Below the pieces are notes generated by a model that worked only from the letters and a program-made list of their open reading frames with translations, ran no database searches and was not told the origin of the DNA. This document shows, in pieces, positions 12,130-24,464 of a DNA stretch of 64,000 nt. The position numbers and the translations under genes are program-made. This stretch comes from Malacoraja senta (lineage: Eukaryota): contig CM075994.1 of NCBI GenBank assembly GCA_038087875.1, positions 10,976,001 through 11,040,000 of the forward strand, given 5' to 3'. Each line of letters begins with the position of its first letter. The first letter of the stretch is position 1.

Positions 12130-12653
12130 TCCCAATTAAACTGAAGCTGAATCCGGACACTGCGCATCCGAGACTCATCCTGTCCAGTGACCTGACAGCC
12201 ATCAGACTCGGTGCTAAACAGAAGGTTCCTGATAAACCAGAGCGATTTGTGCAGTGGCACGGTGTCCTGGCATCTCAGGGCTTCAATACTGGGAGCCACT
12301 ACTGGGAGGTCGAGGTTGGAAGGAACACCATGTGGAGTGTGGGAGTGGTAAAAGCATCGGTACTGAGGAAAGCGGAGTTCACACCGGAACCAAAATCCGG
12401 TGCCTGGGTATTGTGGCGTCTGGGAGAGGAATATACCACTATGTCTTCACCACGTACTGCCCTCCCTGTTCCAGTCAAACCCCAGAGATTGGGCATCTAC
12501 CTGAACTATGAGGCTGGCCAGATGACACTGTACTATGCCGATGACATGTCACATCTGTACACTTTCAGGGACAAATTCACTGAGAAACTCTATCCTTTCT
12601 TCTTAACGGGTTGCAACATTGATTCATTGCAAATAGTCCACTTGCATATATAG
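12130..12653 (+). CDS. TRIM protein terminal exon encoding a PRY-SPRY (B30.2) domain; TRIM39/TRIM35/A33-like E3 ligase
   Basis: Acceptor ttttttctcctcttcag; LNPDTAHPRL, PERF, GSHYWEVEV, WSVGV, GIYLNYEAG, FTEKLYPFF motifs; stop TAG 12651-12653. Confidence 0.95.
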
Positions 12654-12852
12654 GTTTATTTGTTGAATGTGCGGCCAACCTTTACGGCCAACCCTACTTC
12701 CAGGAGTTATCAATGTTAAACACTGATCAGTGTCGTTCCAACACTGTCTCAACCTGTAAACTGCTATTAATAGTGTTTACCTCAATTTTTAGATATTTAT
12801 ATCCCTATCTGCTAAAATTACTGAGTCAAACACCTCTATCGCATTCTTATGC

Positions 12853-12858
12853 ATTAAA
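12853..12858 (+). promoter_or_regulatory. Possible polyadenylation signal (ATTAAA) of the TRIM gene
   Basis: Variant hexamer 200 nt after the stop codon, just before a CR1 insertion; motif only. Confidence 0.3.
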
Positions 12859-12904
12859 ATTGCCCTCACTACCCATCTTTTTAGCCAATCAACACTGAGG
12901 TTAC

Positions 12905-14565
12905 CCATCTTCATTTGTGGTCAGAAGACCTCGAGTGACAGAGAAAGTGAATGAAATCCACATTAGGCAGGAAATGGTGTTGGATAGACTGATGGGATTG
13001 AAGTCGGATAAATCCCTGGGCCTGATGGTCTGCACCCCAGGGTACTTAAGGAAGTGGCTCTAGAAATCATGGACGCATTGGTCATTTTCCAATGTTCCAT
13101 AGATTCAGGATCAGTTCCTGTGGATTGGAGGGTAGCTAATGATAGCCCACTTTATAAGAATGGAGGGAGAGAGAAAACAGGGAAGTATAGACCAGTTAGC
13201 CTCACATTGGTGGTGGGGAAGATGCTGGAGTCAATTATAAAAGATGAAATAGCGGCACATTTGGATAGCACTAATAGGATTGGTCGGAGTCAGCAAGAAT
13301 TTACGAAGGGGAAATCATGCTTGACTAATCTTCTGTAATTTTTTGAGGATGTAACTAGAAAACTGGACAAGGGGACAACTGGACATGTATGTGGTGTACC
13401 TGAACTTTCAGAAAGCCTTTGATAAGGTCCCACATAGGTGATTAGTGGGAAAAATTAGAGCACATGGTAAAGGGGGTGAGGTACTGACATGGATAGAAAA
13501 TGGGTTGGCAGACAGGAAACAAAGAGTAGAGATTAACGGGTCCCTTTCAGAATGGCAGGCAGTGACTAGTGGGGTACCGCAAGGCTCGGTGCTGGGACTG
13601 CAGCTATTTACAATATACATCAATGATTTAGATGAAGGGATTAGCAAATTTGCAGATGACACAAAGCTGGGTGGCAGTGTGAACTGTGAGGAGGATGCTA
13701 TGAGGATGCATGGTGACTTGCACAAGTTCGGTGAGTGGGCAGATCAATGACAGATGCAGTTTAATGTGGATAAATGTGAGAATATCCACTTTGGAGGCAA
13801 GAACAGGAAAGCTGATTATTATCTGAATGGTGTCATGTTAGGAACAGGCGAAGTACAACGTGATCTGGGTGATCACCAGTCGGTGAAAGTAAGTATGCAG
13901 GTACAGCAGGCAGTGAAGAAAGCGAATGGCATGTTGGCCTTCATAACAAGAGGAGTTGATTATAGGAGCAAAGAGTTCCTTCTACAGTTGTACTGGGCCC
14001 TAGTGATACCACACCTGGAGTATTGTGTGCAGTTTTGGTCTCCAAATTTGAGGAAGGACATTTTTGCTATTGAGTGAGTGCAGTGTAGGTTCACGAGGTT
14101 AATTCCCGGGATGGCGGGACAGTCAATGGAATCAATGGAGCGACTGGGCTTGTAACAACCGGAAATGAGAAGGATGAGAGGGAATCTTATTGAAACATAT
14201 AAGATTATTGAGGGATTGGACATGCTAGAGGCGGAAACATGCTACCGTCATTGGGGGAGTCCAGAACCAGGGCCCACAGTTTAAGAATAAGGGGTAGGCC
14301 ATTTAGAATGGAGATGAGGAAAAACTTTTCTCACCCAGAGAGTTGTGAATCTATGGAATTCTCTGCCTCAGAAGGCGGTGGAGGCCAATTTTCTGGATGC
14401 TTTAATGAGAGAGTTAGATAGAGCTCATAAAGATAGCATATTCAAGGGATATGGCGAGAAGGCAGGAACGGGGTACTGATTGTGGATGATCAGCGATTAT
14501 CACAGAGAATGGTGGTGCTGGTTCGAAGGGTCGAATGGCCTACTCCTGCACCTATTGTCTGTTCC
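12905..14565 (+). mobile_element. 5'-truncated CR1/HER1-like LINE, degenerate RT
   Basis: YRPVSLT, KGKSCLTNL, DFQKAFDKV, SGVPQGSVLG, KFADD motifs split by stops and frameshifts; CR1 3' UTR and tail. Confidence 0.93.
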
Positions 14566-14899
14566 TATTTTTCTCAACTTAAATCTACACGAAATTCTGG
14601 AATGCTGATAAAAGATCAGCAAATCTATCGGCTTCAAAGCCAATTATAAGAAGTTAACGTGAAATGACTTCACAGGCTGGTTAGGAGAAGGCTTTGAAGC
14701 CACTTATAAAATGTTAATGTGAAGAAAATGTGTATAACTTCTGATATTGAGGTTACGATGTTCCTAAACGTGTGTGTACGGGTGATCACAAGTCGGCATG
14801 AACTCTATGGGCCCAAGGGCCTGTTTCTATGCTGTATTATTCAATTCAATTCAATAAATCATCTGCAACTTAGTCCAGGTTTTGTCCCAATGAATCACT

Positions 14900-15168
14900 G
14901 GCGGCACAGTGGCGGAGCGGTAGTGTTGCTGCTTTACAGCGCCAGAGATCCAAGTTCAATCCTGACTACAGGTGCTGACTGTCTGGAGTGTGTACATTCT
15001 CCCTGTGACCCGCATGGGTGCTCCAGTTTCTTTCCACATCTCAATGACGTGCAGGTTTGTAGGTTTATTGGCCTCTAAATTGTCCCTAGTGTGTAGGATA
15101 GAACTAGTGTATGGGTGATGGTGATCGGTATGGACTGTTTACACGCTGTATCTCTAAACTAATCTAAA
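14900..15168 (+). mobile_element. tRNA-derived SINE (HE1-like)
   Basis: Degenerate A and B boxes, core, tail. Confidence 0.8.
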
Positions 15169-15550
15169 CATCACATTTCTCCATATTTCATTTGTAAATT
15201 CAGAGTTCATTCTGATAACCTGCCAAGGTCCTCTTTAAACTGGTTACAAAATCCACCTCATAGTTTAGCATATGAATTTCAAAGGAAGGCTTTGAAATTT
15301 GACATGAGCAAATAAATCTACAAATTAATTTCTTCTTTGTGTTTGCTCATGTTATCCAATTTGGTGACTGTGGTGCAAAATTAACTGAGAATCTTGCCTA
15401 GTAACTATTTTATTTGTCATTCAAAAAACCTATGTCTGCATGTGAAGGAACAATACATCAATAGAACGTAAACTATGAACAGATTTATCAATAACTGCAT
15501 AATATTAGTTGCATTTGTTGCTTTCAGGTTTGGTAACAATCGTTTTAAAT

Positions 15551-17870
15551 ATAGAAATGTAGAAAATAGGTGCAAGAGGAGGCCATTTGGCCCTTCAAGC
15601 CTGCACCGTCATTCATTTTGATCATGGCTGATCATCCACAATCAGTAAACAGTGCCTGCCTTATCGCCAGATCCCTTGATTCCGCTAGCCCCTGGAGCTC
15701 TATCTAAGTCTCTTTCAAATTTGTCCAGTGAATTGGTTTCTACTGCCTTATGTGGCAGAGAATTCCACAAATTCACAACTCTCTGGGTGAAAATGGGGAA
15801 TTACAGACCAGTTAGTCTAACATCGGTGGTAGGGAAAATTCTGGAGTCAGTTATTTAAGATGGGATAGCAGCACATTTGGAAAGTGGTGAATTCATTGGA
15901 CAAAGTCAGCATGGATTTATGAAAGGTAAATCATGTCTGACGAATCTTATAGAATTTTTCGAGGATGTAACTAGTAGAGTGGATAAGGGAGAACCAGTGG
16001 ATGTGTTATATCTGGACTTTCAGAAGGCTTTCGACAAGGTCCCACATAAGAGGTTAGTATGCAAACTTAAAGCACATGGTATTGGGGGTTCAGTATTGAT
16101 TTGGATAGAGAACTGGCTGGCAGACAGGAAGCAAAGAGTAGGAGTAAATGGGTCCTTTTCAGAATGGTAGGCAGTGACTAGTGGGGTACCGCAAGGCTCA
16201 GTGCTGGGACCCCAGCAATTTACAATATATATTAATGATCTGGATGAGGGAATTGAATGCAACATCTCCAAGTTTGCGGATGACACGAAGCTGGGGGGCA
16301 GTATTAGCTGTGACGAGGATGCTAGGAGGCTGCAAGGTGAGGTTATCCACGTTGATGGCAAAAGCAGGAAAGTAGACTATTATCTGAATGATGGCCGATT
16401 AGGAACAGGGGAGATGCAACGAGACCTGGGTGTCATGGTACACCAGTCATTGAAAGTGGGCATGCAGGTGCAGCAGGCAGTGAAGAAAGCAAATGGTATG
16501 TTAGCATTCATAGCAAAAGGATTTGAGTATAAGAGCAGGGAGGTTCTACTGCAGTTGTACAGGTTCTTGGTGAGACCACACCTGGAGTATTGCGTACAGT
16601 TTTGGTCTCCTAATCTGAGGAAAGACATTCTTGCCATAGAGGGAGTACAGAGAAGGTTCACCAGACTGATTCCTGGGATGGCAGGACTTTCATATGAAGA
16701 AAGACTGGATAGACTCGGCATGTACACGCTAGAATTTAGAAGATTGAGGGGGGATCTTATAGAAACTTACAAAATTGTTAAGGGGTTGGACAGGCTAGAT
16801 GCAGGAAGATTATTCACGATGTTGGGGAAGTCCAGAACTAGGGGTCACAGTTTAAGGATAAGAGGGAAGTATTTTAGGACTGAGATGAGAAAATCATTTT
16901 TTACACAGAGAGTGGTGAATCTGTGGAATTCTCTGCCACAGAAGGTAGTTGAGGCCAGTTCATTGGCTATATTTAAGAGGGAGTTAGATGTGGCCCTTGT
17001 GGCTAAAGGGATCAGGGGGTATGGAGAGAAGGCAGGGATGGGATACTGAGTTGGATGATCAGCCATGATCATATCGAATGGCGGTGCAGGCTCGAAGGGC
17101 CGAATGGCCTACTCCTGCACCTATTTTTTATGTTTCTATGAAAACGTTTTTTTCTCAGCTCAGTTATAAATGGCCTCCCTTTAGTTTGGAACTGTGGCCC
17201 CGGGTTCTGGACTCCCCCATCATTGGGAATTTTTTCCTGCATCTAGCTTGACCAGTCCTTTTTATAATTTTATACATTTCTATAAGATCCCATCTCATCC
17301 TTCTAAATTCCAGTGAATACAAGCCCACTCTTTCCAATCTTTCCTCATATGGCAGTCCCGCCATCCCAGGGATTAACCTCGTGAATATACGCTGCACTGC
17401 TTCAATAGCAAGGATGTCCTTCCTCAAATTGGGAGATGGAAACTGCACAAAATCCTCCAGATGTGGTCTCACCTGAGTCTCTACAACTGCAGAAGGACCT
17501 CTTCACTCCTATTCTCAAATCCTCTAGTTATGAAGGCCAACATGCCATTGGCTTTCTTCACTGCCTGTTGTACCTGCATGTTTACTTTCACTGACTGGTG
17601 TACAATGATACCCAGGTCTCGTTGCACTTTCCTTTTTCCTAATCTGACACCATTGAGATAATATTCTGCCTCCTTGATCTTGCCGCCAAAGTGGATAACC
17701 TATCATTTATCTACATTATGATGCATCTGCGCACTCACTCAACCTGTCCAAGTCACCCTGCAACCTCCTAGCATCCTCTTCGCAGTTCACACTGCCACCC
17801 AGCTTTGTGTCATCTACAAATTTGCTGGTGTTAATTTTAATCCCATTATCAAAATATTTTAATATATATT
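15551..17870 (-). mobile_element. CR1 LINE on minus strand, split by a nested plus-strand CR1
   Basis: 3' end at 15551-15790 continues at about 17140-17870 (ORF 17164..17472 is the CR1 C-terminal region). Confidence 0.85.
15793..17140 (+). mobile_element. Younger 5'-truncated CR1 LINE nested in the minus-strand CR1
   Basis: Near-intact RT ORFs 15877..16170 and 16174..17049; TTTCTATG tail; possible TSD TGAAAA (15788-15793 and 17139-17144). Confidence 0.92.
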
Positions 17871-18274
17871 GTATAATTCAATTAATTCAAAATAAATGCT
17901 TTAGAACTGCCTCTTCAAATTCACTTAATATTATTAAATAATGGCTTGCAATAAGTAGTTGTTTCTTCTTTACTATAATTTAACTATAAATAAAATGTAT
18001 ATATAATCGATTCTTCACATCCATAACCCAAATGTTGATTTATTTCATTTCTGTTACCGTGCAAATAAAGGTCAACAAAACTGCAGGTTTTAAGCTAATT
18101 AAATAGTTACTATGCAAACCTGTTTTTATTTTTTTTAATTTTGACAGAGCTTGCATTTCTGCCCTTTTTTCAAAACTATATTTCCTGTGTGAAGATATTT
18201 CTCATGGCTTGCTGTTAAATTCAAAATCATATCCTGATTATAGAATATACAAATTAGTGGACAACAGTTTGTGC

Positions 18275-18535
18275 TGCTGCACAGTGGTGCAGCTGGTGGA
18301 GCCTCTGCCTCACAGTGCCAGAGACCCAGGTTCAATCTTGAGCTCGGGTGCTGACTGTGGAGGTTGCACATTCAGCCTGTGACCGTGTGGGCTTGCTCCG
18401 GTTTCTTCAAATATGCTAAAGACATGCGGTTTGTAGGTTAATAAAATTGTCCCTGTTGTGTAGGGTATGGATGCGAAGGTGAGATAACATACAAGTAAAG
18501 CGGCTGCTTCCATGCTGTATCTGTATAATCAATCA
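18275..18535 (+). mobile_element. Degenerate tRNA-derived SINE
   Basis: B box GGTTCAATCTT, core similarity, CAAT tail. Confidence 0.7.
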
Positions 18536-18661
18536 ATTAACAGCCCACTTAGGTGAGCAGTGTGGTTGGTGAAAAACAAGGAGAATATTCCTTAGATATT
18601 ACTTAAATTCATTAACTTTGCTGATGTAGAGACCTGCTCCTCATTCTCCATAAGCAGAGAG

Positions 18662-19350
18662 TCAATAGACAATAGACAATAGGTGAAGGAGTAGGCCATT
18701 TGGCCCTTCGAGCCAGCACCGCCATTCAATGTGATCATGGCTGATCATCCACAATCAGAACCCCGTTCCTGCGTTCTCCCCATATCCCCTGACTCCGCTA
18801 TTTTAAGAGCCCTATCTAGCTCTCTTGAAAGCATCCAGAGAACCTGCCTCCACCGCCCTCTGAGGCAGAGAATTCCACAGACTCGCCACTCTCTGTGAGA
18901 AAAAGTGTTTCCTCGTCTCCGTTCTAAATGGCTTACTCCTTATTCTTAAACTGTGGCCCCTGGTTCTGGACTCCCCCAGCATCGGGAACATGTTTCCTGC
19001 CTCTAGCGTGTCCAAGCCCTTAACAAACCAATCTCCTCTGTCTGCACATGATTCATACCCCTCCATAGAAACATAGAAAATAGGTGCAGGAGTAGGCCAT
19101 TCGGCCATTCGATATGATCATGGCTGATCATCCAACTCAGTATCCTGTACCTGCTTTCTCTCCATACCCCCAGATCCCTTTAGCCACAAGGGCCACATCT
19201 AACTCCCTCTTAAATATAGCCAATGAACTGGCCTCAACTACCTTCTGTGGCAGAGAATTCCAGAGATTCACCACTCTCTGTGTGAAAAATGTTTTTCTCA
19301 TCTCGGTCCTAAAAGATTTCCCCTTATCCTTAAAAGATTTCCCCCTTATC
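18662..19350 (-). mobile_element. Two adjacent CR1 3' fragments
   Basis: ORFs 18812..19108 and 19137..19409 translate to the CR1 C-terminus (RTRGHSLRI, FTQRVVNLWNSLP). Confidence 0.88.
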
Positions 19351-21019
19351 CCCTCCATGCCTTGCATATCCATGTGCCCATCTAAAAGCCTCGTAAAGGC
19401 CACGATCATCTCTGCCTACACCATCACCAGATGAACCACCAGGTGGCGCCAGCAATTGCTGCCTCGCCAAAAGCCTGCCTGTCCCTTCTTTGTTGTATGT
19501 ATGTGTTAAATGTATGTTGTCAGTGTTCTTTAGCTTGCTTTATGTGTGTGTGTGTCGGGGGGGATGGGGGTGGGGGGACTTTTCCTAATCTCTTACCTCG
19601 ACGGATATGCAATTTTTCCCCCGTATCGTATCTCCGTCTACACTGCGGCCTAACATCGAGGAGTTGGCGGCCTCTACTGGAGACCGACCTCGAGAGTTCC
19701 ACCGCGGGTGCCTGCGGACTTTAACATCACGGAGCTCGCGGTCCCTGGTTAGAAACCGACTTCGGCAACTCCAAGCCGCAGGAGATTCAACCGCCCCGAC
19801 GCTGGAGCTTCATGGCTCAGGTGATTTTAGTGCATGTAGCACATCTGGCCCTTTGATGACAAGGCTCGATAAAGTTGGAGTGTGTAAGGTGAATGTTATA
19901 TTTACAGGAGTTCTGAATGAGTAACCAGGGGATGTGATACAGTGTCACATGTTCAGCCAGAGATTGCATTAATCAATAACTTAGAGTCACAGAGTGGCAT
20001 AGCGTGGAAACAGGCCCTTCAGCCAACTTGCCGGCCAACGTGTCCCTGTTAAACTAGTTCCACCTGCCCGCATTTGGCCCTTGCAGCATTCGTGTTGATA
20101 CTGAGTGCAGCACAGGAACAGGCCCTTCAGCCCAACGTGTAAACTCTCAACTAATCCCATCAGCCTGCACATGGTCCATATCCCACTATTCTCTGCCTGT
20201 GTATGTCTCCGTGCAAGTGCCTCTGAAACCGTGTTTTTGTATCTGATTCCACCAGATGTTCCACCAGAGGCACCTATTAATGTGTAAAAATTCATGTCTC
20301 ACAAATCTCCTTTAAACTTCCCTTATCCCAACTTAAAAGTAGGGCACTATTATTCTGAAGGAAAAAAAACATACCATCTATCGTATCTGGACCTCTCATC
20401 ATTTTATGTACTACTATCAGGTCTTGCCCCAGCCTCCAACGTCCCAGAGAAAACAATCCGAATTTGTCTAACCACGCCTTGTGATGAAAATGTCAAAGAC
20501 TAGAAGGCACAGCTTAAAGGGGCACAATTGAAAGATAATCTTCGGAGCAAAGTCGTTCTACACAGACAGCGACGGGTCTGGAATATGCTGCTCGGGGTAA
20601 TGGTTGAGGCAGATAAGATAGAGGCATTTAAGAGGCTTTAGATACACACTTCGATATGCAGGGATTGCAGGGACATGGATCATGTGCGGAAGAGGTTAGT
20701 TTAATTTGGCATCATGCTGGGCGTGGATAATGGGGCCGAAGGGTCTGTATCACTGGTTGCTTTATCCTGATAAACCTATTCTGCATCTTCTCCAAAATCT
20801 TCACATTCATCCTGTACTGTGTTGAGCAGAAGTGCAAACAATACCCTAAATGTGGCCTAACCGCACTTTTCACATGTTCTCACTATATTTTACACTTTAA
20901 AGTTTACAGATCTGCATGCAGGGTGCATAATTTTGTAAATTAAATCATATGCTGATATCGAGTATAGAAGTGAGATCGACCAACTGACCAAATGGTGCCA
21001 GCACAATAAACTGTCTTTC

Positions 21020-21209
21020 TGTTTATTTGCACTTTATCTGTTTATTTATTCATGTGTGTGTATATATTTATATAATAGTATATGGACACACTGATCTGTT
21101 CTGTATTCATGCCTACCATATTCTGTTGTGCTGAAGCAAAGCAAGAATTTCATTGTCCTATCTGGGACACATTACAATAAACTCTCTTGAATCTTGAATC
21201 TTGAATCTT
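21020..21209 (+). mobile_element. 3' end of a LINE (Rex/Babar-like) with (CTTGAAT)n tail
   Basis: AATAAA followed by a short tandem-repeat tail. Confidence 0.55.
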
Positions 21210-22172
21210 ATCCGGGTCAGTCCTTGTGTGAATGTACACCCATAAGAAGTGCCTGCGGCTTGTATTCAGTATTCGGGATATGCTGAGAATATAAATATTT
21301 TAATTTTGGTGGTCATGCCCGTTCTTTGAAATGTATCTTATTTCACATGTACATTGTGTGTGCCTGTTTTGAGATGCTTGTGTCACACTTCTCTGATAGT
21401 GAGGGGTTGCTTTCGTGCAAGGCGCTGAAATAGGGCAGAATTTAAAAGATTCTTTAATGGTCGTTAAACGGAGAGTCCTTCGAGAGACCAGTACTTTACA
21501 CTTTGCAGGAAATTGGGCAAGTGGTAGAAATGTCAATTGGGAACACTTTGCGAACAATGAGCACAATTCTGTATGTTTAAAGATGGTTATCAGAAAGGAA
21601 AAGTGTGTTTTTTGAATTAAAGTCCTGAATTGAGAGGGAGCTGATTTCCATTGAATCAGATATAACGGTGAATATAAATTGATCTATCCCAGGTTTTATG
21701 GGAAGCAAAGGAAGAGATTGCTAGAGCTGTTACTCTGACTGAAGTATTAACGGAGCACTGCAAGGGGCAGTGGAGCATTGTTGCATTATATACATAAATG
21801 GCTTGGATATGAATGTTGGTGGACCTGCTGGCGGCACGGAAATTGGTGACTACTGGATAGTGAAAGACAATATGGAACAATAGAAAGGTACATGGATCAG
21901 CTGCTAAGTTGAGAGGAGCACTGGCAGATAGAACTTTATCAGGACATAGGAGAGTATCAATTTTGGGATGGACAAATAGAACAAATGGCACCAATGACAT
22001 TGGTAGAAAGGGCAGTAGGTATAGAAGTGTGAAAACGCACACCTCCAGATTCAGGGACCGTCTCTTCCCCGCTGTTATCAGGCAGTGAATCATTCTACCA
22101 CAACAAGAGACCAGTCCTGAACTACTGTCTACCTCATTGGTGACCCTCAAACTATCTTTGATCGGACTTTAC

Positions 22173-23501
22173 TGGATTTACCTTGCAGTAAACGTTGTTC
22201 CCTTATCATGTATCAGTAAACGATAAATGGCACCATTGTAATAATGTATTGTCTTTCCATTGGTTAGCACGCAGCAAGAGCTTTTCACTGTACCTCGATA
22301 CACGTGACAATAAACTAAACTGAACTGAGCAGTGTTGTTTTGCTGGCAGATGTTAAGGAGACTATTATGACGTGATTTCTCACTGATTTGACGTTGATGG
22401 CATATGGCAGTCTGTGTGGGTAGAAATGGGGAACAGCTGGAATGTAATTTGAGAAATGGCGCTGAATTAATTGTTTAGATTACTGCATGGCTTGAAAGGA
22501 TGGGACCAGTGCTGGGACATTAAAGCAAACTCTCGTGTGCTCGGAGGAAGGTTTACACGCTGTAGAGGGAGGGTATAACTGAATTGGAAGGGTGCTGTGA
22601 TCGCAGGAAACCTACTTTGAAAAATAATTTAAAGGGAAGAATTAGGAGTTCCACTGACAAATAGCACTACAAGTTGGCAGGACTCGAGTAAGAGAAGGGA
22701 TACCATGGTCAGAGGCGAACTCCAACTGGAGTATGAGATTACAACAAGTGTAGCTTCTATTTAATTGCCTTTAATTTCAACTCCTCCTGGACCACCCATA
22801 TTGAAGCAACTACCAAGAAAGCACACCAGCGCCTCTACTGCCTCAGAACGCTTATGACGTTTGGCATGACCCCTACAACTCTCAACAACTTCTAGAGATG
22901 CACCATGGAAAGCATTTTATAAGCATGCGTCACAGCTTGGACTGGTAACAGCGCCATCCAACACCTTAAGAAATTGCAGCGAATTGTGAACGCAGCCCAG
23001 ATCATCACACAGACCAGCCCCTTCTATTGACTCCATTTATACCTCACCTGCCTCAGCAAGGCCAGCAGCATAATCAAGGATGAGTTACACCTTGGCCACT
23101 CCCTCTTCTCCCCTCTCCCCACTCCTATCAGGCAAAATGTATAGAAGTGTGAAAACGCACACCTTCATATTCAGGGACAGTTTCTTCCCGGAATTGTCAT
23201 ATTGTCATATACGAATATTGTCAGGAAACTGCATAATCCTACCACGATCAGAGTGCTGAACTACTATCTACCACTTCGGTGACCCTCGGATTATCCTTGA
23301 TAGGATTTTGCTGGCTTTACCTTGCATTGAACGTTGTTCCCTTATCATGTATCTGTGCACTGTAATGGGTCGATTGTATACGTGTATTGTCTTTCTGCTG
23401 ACTGGACTGAACTGAATTATCATTAGACCGGGCTAAAACGGGAAACGAACTGGTGCCAAATGATCCCGTGTACAACACGCTCCTGTAAGATAGAGAGGGG
23501 T
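22173..23501 (+). repeat. 1329-bp segment, donor copy (contains a Rex/Babar RT 3' fragment at about 22790-23410)
   Basis: Matches 24465-25793 with no difference seen by eye. Confidence 0.92.
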
Positions 23502-24019
23502 AGAATGGAGGGGTGGAGCTGGGATTGAGTGAGGAATGTGTTGTAACGCCGCAGAGATAGGATGTCCCGTAATGGTAGAGAATCCATCTATGCAGAGATA
23601 GGGGAGGAACAATGGTAGAATTGCTCCCTCACAGCTCCAGAGACCATGGGTTCGATCTTGACCTCAAGTGTTATCTGTGTGGAGTTTGCATGTTCTTTAT
23701 GTGATTGCAAGGGTTTTGTCCGGGTGATCCGGTTCCCTCCCACATCCCAACACGTGCGTATTTGAGGTTAATTGGCCTGTGTATAATGTGCAGGGAGTTG
23801 CTGCGAAAGTGGAAAAACAAAACTAGGGCCAACCAACGATTTCCCTCATACTCTGACTGTCCCTAATCAGCCCTTGTTTTTCCAACTGCCGGGAGATCTT
23901 TTCTCTCGGAATCCTTTCCAATCACTCTCTCATCACTTTTGTGATCACTGGCCGTTAGTTCCCAGGTTTATCCGTATAGACCCTCTAGAATAAATGCACA
24001 ACCTCCCAATATTGTGGTA

Positions 24020-24205
24020 TTGCACCCATGGCTGGGAGCCGCTGGGGTGTAACCTTACCAAGCGAAATATGAGATGTTGTTCCGCTAATTTGCTTGTTAC
24101 CTCACTCTGACAGTGGAGGAGCCCCAGGATAGAAAGGTCTGTATGGGAATGGGAAGTGGAGTTAAAGTGTTTGGAGATCGAGAGATCGCGGACTGGTTGC
24201 AAGTT
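24020..24205 (-). mobile_element. Penelope-like element fragment (GIY-YIG C-terminal part)
   Basis: Translation KHFNSTSHSHTDLSILGLLHCQSEVTSKLAEQHLIFRL. Confidence 0.75.
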
Positions 24206-24343
24206 TCCAAGGCAAACTGATTGCAAGTTGTATTCCCCTGGGAATACAACTTGCTCCAAAATACCAATGGACTCTCATGAAGGCACATCGAGCTGACACA
24301 ATGAACGTGTTTCTTTGTCCACGGAAGGAGTCTGCCCCAGTAC

Positions 24344-24457
24344 CTGACCCAAACAGAATCAGTGTCTACAGTATTATGCTTCTTGTTGATAAAAGAGCGG
24401 GACACTGGCACAGCTTGTAGAGGTGCTGCGCACAGCGTCAGAGACACGGGAGTACAT
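24344..24457 (-). pseudogene. Orphan, frameshifted paralogue of GPCR exon 1
   Basis: Homologous to 41937-42051, with ATG and the same donor, but 114 vs 115 nt; no exon 2 recognisable downstream. Confidence 0.55.
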
Positions 24458-24464
24458 GTGAAAG

